Below are positions 1 through 12,959 of a stretch of 64,000 nt of DNA, piece after piece. The notes beneath the pieces are model-generated. The model saw only the letters and a list, made by a program, of their open reading frames with translations, was not told where the DNA came from and made no database searches. The stretch is from Squalus acanthias. Taxonomy: Eukaryota. Position 1 is the stretch's first letter. Every line of letters begins with the position of its first letter. The stretch covers positions 148,120,001-148,184,000 of the forward strand of contig CM059431.1 in the NCBI GenBank assembly GCA_030390025.1. Reading direction: 5' to 3'. The translations under genes were made by a program, and so were the position numbers.

Positions 1-191
1 GAAATCTCCCTGGACACTGATTCTGAGATTAGTTAGAAATAGCGGATAAGTAGAATCAATCAAACAAAAACTTCTTTTTAACGCCAGCTCAATTTCAACT
101 ATGTTTCAATGGTGGACCATCCTCTGTTCTGGTAATGTGAACAATGGTTGAGTTCTCGTGTGAACATTCCTTCCATTCCCAGCACACGCAA

Positions 192-1111
192 GGCCCAGAA
201 ATTCATCTCGGGCGTTGGCGCTAAACGGGCGATACCGGATCGTGCCGCCTGATATTCAGTTTCATTGGGGTAAAAATTGAGTCGCGCCCCATTTGGGGCG
301 CTAACCTCGCCGGGGCGCGACTTTTAGCGCCCCGAAAAAATTAGCGGCCCCGCGCCGGAACTTCAGTGGTTGCGCCCCAAGAGGGAAGCGGGGCGCAACT
401 GGAAGCAGCCCGCATCCCTCTTGGGGCGCTGCGAGTGAATATCCTGGCGCTACGTGCCGCAGCGCCACGCGCTGCGGCACGTCGCGCCGCGGTATTGCAG
501 GCCTTCCTCCCCTTCTTAAAGGGGAGGGACCCTGCGCAGCGCGAACCGGGGCCCAGCTGGGCCCCCAGGGATCGGGAGTGCCGGCAAAAGAGCCCGGCAC
601 TCAAGAGAAGTGCCGGGCTCTTGGAGCGCAGCCGGCACTTCACGGTGGGGGGGCTTCACGGGGGCCGGGGGCAGGTGCTGGCAGGCGGCCAGCAACAAAA
701 ATGGCCGCCTGCCACCTCCGCTTTAAATATCGCCGCCCCGGCCGCACGTACGCCTCCCTGAACCCGTCGGACATAGCGTCTGGCGGTAAATCAGGGGGCG
801 CGACTGAAGATCACGGCCGGGGCGCGAGCGGGGTGCTGCGCACGGCGATGACGTCATCGCCGGCGGCGCAGCGCCACAGGGCGCTACCGGCTGCCGCCGC
901 CGCTAACCTCCCACTAAATTTTTCGGGATGCGTGGGCGGCGCTGCGCCCGGGCGTTAGCTGCTTTACGCCCCATTAGCGCCCTCTTAAGGCGCTAACGGG
1001 AGGCGCAAGCAGCTGAATTTTTCCCCCATTGACTTCTAATCGCTTCCTATAACCGGCGAACGATCTGATACCGCCCGTTTTGCGCCACCGCTCGAGACGA
1101 ATTTCTAGGCC
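192..1111. mobile_element. Non-autonomous DNA transposon (MITE), PIF/Harbinger-like, outer element
   Basis: ~50-bp imperfect terminal inverted repeats: GGCCCAGAAATTCATCTCGGGCGTTGGCGCTAAACGGGCG at left, revcomp GGCCTAGAAATTCGTCTCGAGCGGTGGCGCAAAACGGGCG at right. 3-bp flanking duplication CAA (189-191 / 1112-1114). No transposase. Confidence 0.75.
267..1027. mobile_element. Nested GC-rich MITE, PIF/Harbinger-like, inner element
   Basis: TIRs GGGGTAAAAATTGAG / revcomp GGGGGAAAAATTCAG. 3-bp TSD ATT (264-266 / 1028-1030). Internal palindromes. Confidence 0.7.
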
Positions 1112-2024
1112 CAATGGCTGCATTACTTTCCTTTTTCACACTTCTTGTACTGGGTAAACATAATCTATCCCTGCAAATTCAGCACATTTCATGTTTAGGG
1201 ATCAAATTTAACAAGGATGAGGTTCAGTAGTAGAGCCGGCCGAATGGGCAACAGAGCAATCCGCCTTACACTACAGATGCTGGGATTGGGCGCGCCAGTT
1301 TAAAATTATCATTAAAGTTTCAAAACATGATTAAAGTTTAAATTGGTGCCGAAACAATTAAAGGACTTGTGATCGCCTATCTGTCCTGAAAGTTTGGTGT
1401 GAATATTGCAGGCGCGGGTCTCTCTATTGGACATCATTCCTCATTCACAAATATATCGGGGCTCTTGTCATGTGCTAAGTGTTAGAATGAAGGAGCCAGA
1501 ACTTGGCTCATCGATGTGACCTTTCACCTCTTTTGTCCCAGATACTTACTTAAAATCTGGATTGTCCGCTGACTGGTGTCTCCCACTCAGCAAAATGCTG
1601 GAGTCTGCCTTGTTTTGTGCGTTCGATAGAAGAATCATGAATAATAATAATGCTGTTCTGACTCAACCAGTATCCCAAACAAATTAGTGAAGGAATATCA
1701 AAATTAATGTTTTGTCATAAAGTTACTAACTGTTACAATTGTTGCATGTTATCTGTAAATAACACTGCCTGGAATCAAGAAAAAATCGAACTGATATTAA
1801 ATATTCTGTGTTTGGCGGAACATTTGCAGACGGTCAGAAAGAATCTTTGGTATATCATCCTCTCAACTTATTGTATTTGATATGGTTCTTCCTTGAACAC
1901 TTCGCCTGAAATGCATCATAAACCCTCTTTTGTTGTTTCATCATCTTCTCTATCTCCGTCGTCATCCAAGGAGCCCTTGTTTTGGTTCCCTTACCCTTCC
2001 CTCTTGTTGGAATGTACCACGCAA

Positions 2025-2640
2025 CCGTCACTATAACACTGATATACGGGACACCATCTCACTGTAACACTCAGATATAACCGACGCCCTCACAGTAACA
2101 CTATGATATAACCCACACCTCTCACTGTTACACTCTGATGTATTCCACTCCCCTGACTATAACACTCTGTTATAGCACACCCACCCTTCACTTTACCGGA
2201 CCGCTATTCCCGATAGCCCTCACTGTAGCACCCTGATATACCCCTTACAGTAGCATTCTGATATACCCCACACCCCTCACTGAAATACTCTGATACACCC
2301 CAAGCCCCTAAATGTAACACTCTAATATACCCCACACTACACAATGTAGCACTCTGATATACCCCACAACCCTCAATCTAACACTCTGATATTCCCCACA
2401 CCCCTCACTGTAACACTCTGATATACCCCACACCCCTCACTGAAATACTCTGATATAGCCCAAGCCACTCAATGTAACACTCTGATAGACCCCACACTAC
2501 TCAATGTAACACTCTGATATACCCCACACCCCTCACTCTAACACTCTGATACATGCCTCACACTACTGTGACTCCCCCCACCAGTCACTCTAATACTGAT
2601 ATTATCCACATCCCTCACTCTAACCCTCTGATACATGCCA
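2025..2640. repeat. Minisatellite, ~32-bp unit (CTCACTGTAACACTCTGATATACCCCACACCC)
   Basis: Direct tandem repeats visible in the sequence. Confidence 0.9.
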
Positions 2641-3147
2641 CACTCTGGACTGTTACTCCCCTCACCAATAACTGTAATAATGATATACGTCGCACCACTC
2701 ACTGTTGCCACTGCCACATTAATCCCATGGGCTTCAACTTTGGTAATATATGGTACTTTATCAAGCACCTTTTGTAAGGATAGGGAATTAGGCAAAGTGT
2801 GAGTAGTATCAATCATAAAACCATAGAATTGGTGAGACAAGTTGTGTTGACAATTTGTTTGGCGGACGAACACGACCCGCACTGATCACATGTCTTGCCT
2901 GGTTTCAATCAGTCTATTTCAAAATCAGTGATTTTAATCCCATTTTATTATTTATATTTATTTGTTCTCAGGATATGGGTGAAGCTGTCAAGACCGGAAT
3001 TACATTCCCATCCCTAGTTACCCATGAGCAAATGGTGAGCCTTCATCTTGAGCCGCTGCAGTCCGTGTGGTGAACGTGTTACTGTTACGGAAGGAATTGC
3101 AGGCTTTTGTCACAGTGCCGATGAAGGAACGGCGATATATTTGAAGG

Positions 3148-3556
3148 CTGCAGTAGCATAGTGGTTATGTTGCTGAACAAGTAAATAAGATGCCGGGACG
3201 AATAATCCTGAGTTGAAATCCCACCAGCTGGGGAATTTAAATACAATTCATCAATCAAATCTGGAAAAAAGATTGCGTCAGTAATGGTGACCATGAAACG
3301 ACCGGATTGTCGTAACAACACATCTGGTTCACTATTGTCCTTTACGGAAGGACATCTGCCGTCCTTATATATTGTGTCCAAAATGTGACTCCAGACCAAC
3401 AGCAATGTCGTTGTCTCTTCGCTGCCCTCTGAAATGGCCATACAAGCCACTCAGTTGTCTTAGGTGGCTCACCACCACCTTCTCCAGGACAATTATGGAT
3501 GGGCAATAAATGGTGGCCTTGCCAGCGACATCCACATCCCAAGAATGAATTTAAAA
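3148..3556 (+). mobile_element. tRNA-derived SINE sharing its 3' tail with the local 'family B' LINE
   Basis: A-box-like GTAGCATAGTGG and B-box-like GAGTTGAAATCCC. 3' end GGGCAATAAATGGTGGCCTTGCCAGCGAC matches the LINE tail. Related copies at ~40445 and ~57957. Confidence 0.7.
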
Positions 3557-3609
3557 AATGATTAATTAATGTTCATAATGAGTTACAAAGGGTTATAATG
3601 TATTATTTT

Positions 3610-4513
3610 ATTTTATTCGTTTATGGATATGGGTGTCGCTGGCAAGGCCAGCATTTGTTGCCCATCCCTAATTGCCCTTGAGAAGGTGGTGGTGAGTCAC
3701 CTTCTTAAACCGCTGGAGTCCCGTGTGGTGAAGGTACTCTTACAGTGCTGTTAGGTAGGGACTTCCAGGATTTTGACCAAGCGATGATGAAGGATCGGTG
3801 ATATAATTCTAAGTCAGGATGGTGTGTGACTTGGAGGGGTACTTGGTGGTGATGGTGTTACCATGCGCCTGCTGCCCTTGTCCTTCTAGGTGGAAGAGTT
3901 TGCGGGTGGGAGGCGCTGCCGAAGAAACCTTGGTGAGTTGCTACAGTGTATCCTGTAAATGGTACACTCTGCAGCCACGGTTCGCTGGTGAAGGAGGGAG
4001 TGAATGTTTAAGGTGGTAGGTGGGGTGCCAATCAAGCAGGCTGCTTTGTCCTGGATGGTGTTGCAGTATTCAAGTGGCTGGACCAGATACGTCTCTGGTC
4101 AATGGTGACCCGCAGAAAGTTGATGGTGGGGGTCTCGGCGATGGTAATGCCATTAAATGTCAAGGATCGTTGGTTAGAGTCTCGCTTGTTGGAGATAGGC
4201 ATTGCCTGGCAATTGTGCGGTGCAAATGTTAACTTCCACTAATCAGACCAAGCCTAAACGTCGTCCAGGTCCCGTTGCATGCGGGCATGGACTGCTTCAT
4301 TATCTGAGGAGATGTGAATGGCACTGAACAATGTCCTGTGATCAGTGAACATCCTCATTTCTGACCTTCTGTTGGAGGTAAGGTCATTGATGAAGCAGCT
4401 GAAGATGGTTTGGCCTAGGACACTGCACTGATGAACTCCTGCAGCGATGTCCTGGGGATGTGATGATTGACCTTCAACCACCACAACCATCTTGCTTTGT
4501 GCTAGGTATGACT
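3610..4513 (-). mobile_element. 5'-truncated non-LTR retrotransposon fragment (CR1/L2-superclade 'family B' RT plus 3' end)
   Basis: Degenerate RT (GVHQCSVLGQTIFSCFINDL...MFTD) and the family 3' tail. Confidence 0.8.
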
Positions 4514-4654
4514 AAGGATTATGATGTTTTATTAATGGACATAATGATTTATAAATGGTTATGATGTTTTATTAATGGTCATAATGATTTACAAGGTGTT
4601 ATGAAGTTTTGTTAATGGTCATATTGATTTATTATGGGTTATAATGTATTTTTT

Positions 4655-5708
4655 ATATTCGTTTATGGTCTGTGGGTATCGCTGGCAAGGCCAGCATTTG
4701 TTGCCCATCCGTAACTGCCCTTGAGAAGGTGGTGGTGAGCCGCCTTCTTGAACCGCTGAAGACCGTGTGGTGAAGGTATTCCCTCAGTGCTGTTAGGATG
4801 GGAGTTCCAAGATTTTGACCTTGCGACGATGAAGGATCGGTGATATAATTCTAAGTGAGGATGGTGTGTGACTTGGAGGGTAACTTGGAGGTGGTGGTGT
4901 ACCCATGCGCCTGCTGCCCTTGTCCTTCTAGGTGGAAAGGTTTTCAGGACTGGGAGGTGCTGCCGAAGAAGCTTTGGCGAGTTGCTGCAGTAGATGGCAA
5001 ACACTGCAGCCACGGTACGCCGGTGGTGGAGGGAGTGAATGTTTAAGGTTGTAGATGGGGTGCCAATCAAGCGAGCTGCTTTGTCCTGGATGGTGTCGAG
5101 CTTCTTGATTGTTGTTGGAGTTGCACTCATCAAGGCAAGTGGAGAGTATTCCCTTACATTCCTTACTTGTGCCTTATGGTTGGTAGAAAGGCTTTGGGGA
5201 GTCAGGAGGTGAGACACTCGCCGCAGAATATCTAGCTTCTGACATGCTCTTGTTGGCACAGTATTCATATGGCTGGTACAGTTACGTTTCTGATCAATTG
5301 TGAACCCCAGGATGTTGATGGTGGGGGATTCGCCGATGGTAATGCCATTGAATGTCAAGGAGCGGTGGTTAGAGTCTCGCTTGTTGGAGTTAGTCTATGC
5401 CTGACACTTCTGTGGGGCGAATGTTACCTGCCACTAATCAGCTCAAGACTGAACGTCGTCCAGATCTTGTTGCATGCGGGCATGGACTGCTTTATTATAT
5501 GAGGAGTTGTGAAGAGCACTGAACACTTTGCAGTATTCAGCGAGCATCCCCATTTCTGCCCTTTGTTGGAGGGAAGATCATTGATGAAGCAGCTGAAGAT
5601 GATTTAGTCTAGGACACTGCCCTGAGGAACTCCTACAGCGATGTCCTGGGGTTGTGATGATTGACCTTCAACCACCATAACCATCTTCCGTTGTGCTAGG
5701 TATGACTA
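4655..5708 (-). mobile_element. 5'-truncated non-LTR retrotransposon fragment (family B)
   Basis: ORF 4663-5358 encodes an RT C-terminal region (TFNGITIGESPTINILG...KAQVRNVREYSPL). Same 5' breakpoint as 3610-4513. Confidence 0.85.
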
Positions 5709-5715
5709 TGGTGTA

Positions 5716-8700
5716 TAAGAACATAAGAACATAAGAAATTGGAGCAGGAATAGGCCACTTGGCCCCTCGAGCCTGCTCCGACATTGAATAAGATCATGGC
5801 TGATCTCGGGCTCAAAGCCACTTCCCAGCCCGCTCCCCATAATCCTTCACTCCCTTATCTTGCAATGCAAAACTGTGTCTATCTCCACTTTAAATGTATT
5901 TAATGAGCCAGCGTCCAAGGCTCTCTGGGGCAGAGAATTGCACAGATTTACGAGCCTCTGAGAGAAGAAGTTCCTCCTCATCTCAGTTCTAAAAGGGCGA
6001 CCCTTTATTCTGAGACCGTGTCCCCGAATGCTAGATTCTCCCATGAGGGGAAAAATCCTCGCTGCATCTACCCTTTCGAGACAACTCACAATCTCAAATA
6101 TTTCGATAAGGTCACCTCTCATTCTTCTAAATTCCAAAGTGTATAGGCCCAGACCGCTCAATCTTTCCTCATAAGTCAAACCCCTCAGCTCTGGAATTAA
6201 CCTAGTGAATCGTTTCTTGAACTGCCTGCAATGCAACTATACCCCTACTTAAATAAGGAGACCAAAACTGTTCACATTTCTCAATGTGTGGTCTCACCAA
6301 TACCTTGTACAGTTGTAGCAGGACTTCCCTACTTTTATACTCCAACCCCCTTGAAATAAAGGACAACATTCCATTTGCCTTTTTGATTACTTGCTGTACC
6401 TGCATGCTAACTTTTTGTGTTTCATGCACAAGGACACACAGGTCCCGTTGAAATGTAGCATTTTGTAATCTCTCTCCATTTAAATAATAGTTTGCTTTTT
6501 ATTTTTCCTGGCCAAGTTGATAACCTCGCACTTTCCCACATTATACTCCATCTGCCAAATGTTTGCCCACTCACCAAGCCTCTTTATATCCCTTTGCAGA
6601 TTCCTTGAATCCTCTGCACAACTTGCTTTCCCACCCATCTTTGTATCATCTGCAAATTTGGCTACATTACACTCGATCACTTCATCCAAGTCATTAATGT
6701 AGATTGTAAATAGTTGGGGCCGCAGCACCCATCCTTGTGGCACCCCACTAGTTACCGTTTGCAAACCAGAAAATGACCCATTTATCCCCACTCCCTGCTT
6801 TCTGTTAGTTAGCCAATTCTCTATCCATGCTAATATATTACCCCCAACTCCGTGACCTCTCATCTTATGCAGAAAACTTTTATGTGACACCTTATCGAAT
6901 GCCTTCTGGAAATCCAAATACACCACATCCACTTTCTCATCCTTGTCCACCCTGCTTGTTACATCCTCAAAGAACTCCAGCAAATTTGTTAAACTTGATT
7001 TCCTTTTCCTAAAACCATGCTGACTCAGTTTGACTGCAGTATGTTTTTCTAAATGTCCTGCTACTGCTTCCTTAATGAAGGACTCCAGCATTTTCCCAAC
7101 GACAGATGTTAGGCTAACTGGTCTATAGTTTCCTGCTTTCTGTTTCCCTCCTACATTAAATAGGGATGCAGGCCATCTGGTCCAGGGGACTTGTCGTCTT
7201 TTATGCCCATTATTTTACTGAGTGTGATCGTGATTTTCTTCAGTTTCCCACTCCCTGTGGCCCCTTGATTATTCATTATTTGGATGTTGTTAGTGTCTTC
7301 TACAGTGAAGACAGATGCAAAATATTTGTTCAGAGTCTCAGCCATTTCCCCGTTCCCCATTATTAATTCCCCAGTCTCATCCTCTAAGGGACCATCGTTT
7401 ACTTGAGCTACCCTCTTCCTTTTTATATACCTGTGGAAGCTCCTACTATCTGTTTTAATGGTTCTTGCCAGCTTACTCTCATAATTCTTCTTCTCTCTCT
7501 TTCTTTTTTTTTTCGTCAACCTCTGCTGGTTTTTTAAAAATTCCCAATGCTCTGGTCTCCCACCAATCTTGGCAACATTGTATGCCTTCGTTTTCCATTT
7601 GATACCATCATTTACTTCCTTAGTTAGCCACGGATGGTGCTCCCTTCTCTTAAAATCTTTCTTTCTCCTTGGAATATATTTTTCTGGAGAGTTATGAAAT
7701 ATCTCCTTAAATGTCTGCCACTGCATTTCAACTTTCTTACCCTGTAATTTGTTTTTCCAGTCCACTTTAGCCAGTTCTGCCCTCATGCCATTATAATTGC
7801 CTTTGTTTAAGATCAGGACACTGTTTTGGGAGACAACTTTCTCACCCTCCAACTGAATTTGAAATTCAACCATACTATGATCACTCTTTCCTAGATGATC
7901 CTTTACTATGAGATCATTTATAAATTCTGTCTCATTACATAGTACCAGATCCAATATAGCTTGTTCCCTGTTTGGTTCCATTACATACTGTTCTAGGGAA
8001 ACATCCCGGATGCACTCTATGAACTCCTCCTCCAGGCTACCATGGCCAATTTGATGTGTCCAATCAATATGGAGATTAAAATCACCCATGATTATTACCG
8101 TACCACTTTTTTACAGGCCTCCATTATTTGTTGATTTATACTCTGTCCAACAGCATTGCTACTGTTCGGGGGCCTTCAGACTACGCCGCCCCAGAGACTT
8201 TTACCCCTTATTATTTTTTACCTCCACCCAAACCGATTCTACATCTTGATCTTCTGAGCCAATATCACTTCTCACCACTGCACTGATCCCATCTTTTACC
8301 AACAAAACCACCCCACCTCCCTTTCCTTTCATTCTATCCTTCCGAATTATCATATACCCTGGGAATATTCAGTTCCCAGCCCTGGTGGCCTTGCAACCAC
8401 GTCTGTGTAATAGCGATCAGATCATACCGATTTGTATCTATTTGTGCCGTCAACTCATTTATCTTGTTACGAATGCTGCGTGCATTCAGATATAAAGCTT
8501 TTATCTTTGTATTTTTACGATTTTTCCTTGTTTTGGTCTTTTTTTCTGTTACAATCTTATTTTTAATGATTCAGTCCCTTCCTGTCATATTCTGGTTATT
8601 ATTTCACCCGTCTCCAGCCTGCTCTATTGCTTTCTCATTTATCATTGACTTTTAATTTTCCTGCTTATCTGGATCCTCCCCCCCCCCCCCCACTTTTTAC

Positions 8701-9100
8701 TTTAAAGCCCTCTCTACAGCCTTAGTTATTCCATTTGCCAGGACTCTAGCCTCAGCATAATGCAAGTGCAGCCCGTCGAAACGGAATAGTTCCCTCTTAT
8801 CCGAGTACTGGTGCAAGCGCCCCACAAATCGAAACCCATTTCTCCCACACCAGTCTTTGAGCCACCCGTTCATTTATCTGTTCTTATTTACACGATGCAA
8901 ATTCGCTCGTGGCTCAGGTAGTAATCCAGATATATTACATTTGTGGTTATGCTTTTTAATTTAACCCCTCGCGAGACATACTCTCTCAGCAGAACCTCTT
9001 TCTTTGTCCAACCTATGTCATTGGTACCTCCGTGGACCATGATAACTGGATCTTCCCCCTCCCACTCCAAGTTTCTCTCCAGCCCAGAGGAGATGTCATA
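5716..9100 (-). mobile_element. Degenerate CR1 LINE (end of ORF1 esterase, ORF2 APE endonuclease plus RT, 3' microsatellite tail)
   Basis: GGTNDIG esterase motif; MGDFNL and LGKSDH endonuclease motifs; [16 protein letters not shown] and FADD RT motifs; (AAGAACAT)n tail at 5717. Multiple frameshifts. Confidence 0.95.
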
Positions 9101-9105
9101 AACTT

Positions 9106-9335
9106 GGCTATGATGTTTTATGAATGGTCATAATGATTTTTTAAGGGTTATGATGTTTTATTAATGGTCATAATGATTTATAAAGGATTGTAATGAAATA
9201 TTAGTAGTCATTATGAGTTAGAAAGGTTTATAATGTTTTCTTAATGGTCTTAATTATTTACAAAAGCTTATGATTTTTAGTTAATAGCCATAATGATTTA
9301 TAAAGGGTTATGTTGTTTTGTTAATGGTCATTAAT
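9106..9335. repeat. AT-rich ~38-bp tandem repeat (TTTTATTAATGGTCATAATGATTTATAAAGGGTTATGATG)
   Basis: Tandem copies here and at ~3555-3600, 4515-4650, 28975-29170, 58365-58410, 59320-59410 and 63970-64000. Confidence 0.8.
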
Positions 9336-9514
9336 GCTCGCCCTCGCCGCCCGCCCTATTCTCAGGGTAACCAGGCCTCCCGCTGCTGCCGCCCTCTGGA
9401 CTCTGGCCTTCCTCCGTCACTCCGAGGCCTCGCTTCTGGGAAAGGGGGAACCTCAATGGTGGCAATCGACCCAGGAGGAAGCCCCCGATAGAGAGAGAGA
9501 GAGAGAGAGAGAGC

Positions 9515-9695
9515 GACAGACGCCATCTTTGAGCGGGGCGCCATTGCCGCCATCTTTGAACAGGGCCGGTCCCGCGTTTTTGCTCATTGAGCGGCGCCGC
9601 CATCTTTGTCTAGGGCAGGGCTGCCGCCATCTTAGTGCGGGCAGGAGTTGCGCAACGTTAGGAGGCGCGTTTGGTGTCGGCCATCTTTGTCTCGG
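9515..9695. promoter_or_regulatory. GC-rich cluster of YY1-type motifs (GCCGCCATCTT) downstream of GPCR copy 1
   Basis: Five near-copies of (GCC)GCCATCTT(TG), homologous to 29380-29640. Function is inferred only. Confidence 0.4.
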
Positions 9696-9862
9696 GCACT
9701 GCTGCCTTTCCAGAGGGGCCTGACAGATGGACGCGCCACTGACAGGGTGGCCAGTGGAGACAGTGTGTGAGTGAGCGTGTTAATGTCCCCAGATCACTGG
9801 CGGCTCACTCAAAATATCAGGCCCAGGTAACTCTCAGGCTGCAATGTCTCCGCTTCTTCTCA

Positions 9863-10762
9863 TCATTTAATGAATTTTACAATTAGATTAAAGGGTTATT
9901 TCCCCACATTCTTCAACTGCTCTCTGAACTTAGTCTGGGTCACGGCATAAATCCCAGTGTTTGTGCAGCAACTCAGCAGCTGCAGCATCAATGCTATTTC
10001 CTGTACATAAAGAGGTAGAGATACAGAATGATACTCCGAATACCACAACCGGTTCCATAGAAACATCACCATAAACATTGCCCATAACAGGATGAAATTG
10101 CCGGAGATAACAAGCAGTAAAATTATGGATTTCCTGCGGCTCTCCATCTCTGGGTCTCTGGGACTCTCCCCACTGCTGGGACCCCGGAGTCTACTGCGGG
10201 CTCTGCTGGCCACTAAAATGTGTCTGACGGTGACAGCATTGAGCAGCAGAATCACCACAAATGGGACGCCCGGGGTGAGAAGATAATGAACGAGCTCGAT
10301 TGCTCCCCAGACCCGTGAAATCATCACAGTGTATGTTACCTCACAAAACCAGGGGGTAGTTCTGAAGCTGATACCGATCCGTCAACGAAAAATACCAGGC
10401 GATGTTCTTTAAACCGCTCAGCACAGTCACTGTTCCCAGAACCACAGCCGCCGTTTCCTCGGTGCAATATTTAGTTTTCAGCTTCTGGAGACAAATGGCC
10501 ACAAATCGATCAAAGGTGAAAGTGACGGTGAACCAGACAGAACAGTCTGTGGCTGCATAAATCAGGACGGCGTGGATATTACACACGCTTTTGAATCGTA
10601 GGAATTGAAACTGTTCCCTATAAACAATCGGAATCTGCCTCAATATCAGGTCGAGGATAATAACCAGTAGATCCGCCGCTGCCATGGCCACCAGGTAGCG
10701 AGTGACACATTTGGAGAGACCGCACCTTCCCCGAGACAGGATCACAATCGTCACTAAGTTCA
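9863..10762 (-). pseudogene. Exon 2 of GPR139/GPR142-like class A GPCR, copy 1 (frameshifted; probable pseudogene)
   Basis: Acceptor tttccctttctcacAG/TG AAC at 10763-10764. Sequence NLVTIVILSRGRCGLSKCVTRYLVAMAAADLL, TFDRFVAIC, SCCTNTGIY. One extra base in the G5 run at 10352-10356 splits ORFs 10341-10763 and 9896-10327. TAA at 9896-9898 replaces the paralogue's TAT. Ancestral stop at 9863-9865. Confidence 0.85.
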
Positions 10763-12079
10763 CTGTGAGAAAGGGAAATAAACAGGGAAATTAAAAATCA
10801 GGCTGCGAGCAAGAGCAGCAGTTTGATGGAAATCGGGGAGATATATGCGAATCAATAGCGACATTAAATGATATAATCTAATTCTATTAACTGTGGAGCT
10901 GAATACAGGGTTTATTGTAAGAATAATCGGGAATAAATTGTTGAATCAATAAATGAAAAGGTGATACAAGCAACAGGAATGTAGCCAATGTTTTATCAAT
11001 GAGAGATTAAATGGTAGACCTGCCTTGAACCCAGCAGACAGAAGCTCCGCCCGAGGTACCGGGGACTCAAAGGACCAGAACCTCTCAGGAAGCCTTCGGT
11101 TCCCGGGATCAGTCAGCATTTGGAGAGTTGCAATACGCTTCAATGCCCCTTGTGTTAGGGAGGAGGAAATCCCGCTTGGACTCATGCGCCTGGTCAGAAT
11201 ATCCTTTATATTTGAGAACTGAAAATGAAAAGAACAGCAAAATACAGAAACTGCAATCTTGGCGTTCAATAATTACAGGCAATTGTATTTAAAATGTACG
11301 GCTGTAATATGCAAATGCTAAGATAATTAATACAAGTGCACTGCAGTTATAAAGATAACCGGGCTGCAAGAAATCTTTTGAAGATTGAGTTTTCTACATT
11401 TATGCTGAAATACACAAATTCTAGCTCATTGAAAGGAAGATTTTCCAAATAACATAAATAGTGGGAACAGAATTAAAATAAATAGTTATCATGGATCAAG
11501 TAATATCCGACTAAATGCATTTATAAGCATCATAATCAGGCGAATTATCCAACAGGCAATATGATGCCGAATGTATTTGAAAAGTATCTGAACACAAATG
11601 GAATAGATTTATCCTTGTACGTTTTCACCTGTTGGTTTCCAACTTGTGCAGAAAATATTAGTCGAGAAAATATGAAAGGATTTTCTTACCCTCAGTACTT
11701 CAGTTACAATCAGCTGGGATTGTTTATCCTGCAGTACAGCAGGAGGCAATAGAGAATCACTCTGGGTCTCACTGAGAGATCCACTGAACTGTGACAGACG
11801 GGCATGGGATCCAATTGTAAATTCAAAGCAAAGATTGGAAATAAACGCATTCAAATATGTCTGAGTGAACGTTTTTGAGAATTTAAATTATCCTTGTGAT
11901 CCTTTTCTAACCATCAGAAGCAGTGCCACTAATGCAGAGCTGGAGATGGTGGGAAAGAAGACATTGACTGGAACTGAATGAGTCGCGGATATTTAAGACA
12001 TTTAAAGATGTGGGTGTGATCTGCCAGGATTTGTTCCTGTGACTCTGTGTCAGTAACCATAACGAGCATTCAGTGAAAA

Positions 12080-12215
12080 CAAAAGCAAATTACTGCGAAT
12101 GTTGTAAATCTGAAATAAGCACAGAAAATGTTTTCAATACTCAGCAGGTCAGGCAGCATCTGTGGAGAGAGAGAAGGAAATAACTTTTCAGGTCGATGAC
12201 CTTTCGCCATTTGGT
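12080..12215 (-). mobile_element. Penelope-like element terminal fragment
   Basis: Similar to fragments at 31812-31940 and 44465-44665 (CTCAGCAGGTCAGGCAGCATCTGTGGAGAGA...TTCAGGTCGATGACC). Carries a decayed hammerhead core. Confidence 0.55.
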
Positions 12216-12359
12216 GAAAAGTCTCAAAACCAAGACAACATTATTCTGATCTGTTACAAATGTGCAGTGGAGAGAACAGAATGAAATTCGTTAAATAAAG
12301 AGTATCGTCCAATATCGTTTCTTGAGTTGAATATCGAACTATTGAATCTTGGTACTACT

Positions 12360-12820
12360 GTATCACCTTCAGAATCAATAGCCGAGAGCAGCGCGGATGG
12401 GATGGTGAATGACAAGGAGAGAAATACAGTAAAACATGATTTATAGAATGAATAGCTGGATACAGGCTCTTACCAGGGACACCAACAGCAGCGAAGCGCG
12501 GGGGAATCAGTGACAAGAACAGTAATACAGTGAAACATGATTTACAGAATTAATAGTTGGATACAGGGACTTACCAGGGACACCAACAGTAGCGAAGCGC
12601 GGGGGAATCAGTGAAAAGAACAGTAATACAGTGAAACATGATTTACAGAATTAATAGTTGGATATAGAGACTTACCAGGGACACCAAAGTAGTGAGGGAT
12701 GAGGGGCGGGATAATTGACAAGCCCTTTAATACAGTTAAACATGATTTACAGTATTAATAGTTGGATACAGAGACTTACAAGGTGAATCAATAGCAGCGA
12801 GAATGCGACTGACTTTTTAA
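12360..12820 (-). repeat. ~101-107-bp tandem repeat of the exon-1 end plus splice donor (copy 1 intron)
   Basis: Repeated ...GCTGTTGGTGTCCCTG|GTAAG with donor G at 12779, 12675, 12574 and 12473, plus a degenerate one at 12366. Confidence 0.85.
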
Positions 12821-12959
12821 ACAACTCTTGTTTTAACAAAGATGCAACAACTTGAAAGACAGAATACAATTAAGAACTGAATTTGCCACGGTAAACAGCA
12901 ATAATAATATTACAGTGTAACATGGTTTATAGAATTAATAACTGGACATAGATTCTTAC

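Noticed and set aside
301..958. Several GC-rich ORFs / apparent CpG-island promoter
   Set aside because: Entirely inside nested MITEs; no recognisable protein features.
3148..3225. Possible tRNA gene
   Set aside because: A/B-box-like SINE head; no cloverleaf can be drawn, and it continues into a SINE body and LINE tail.
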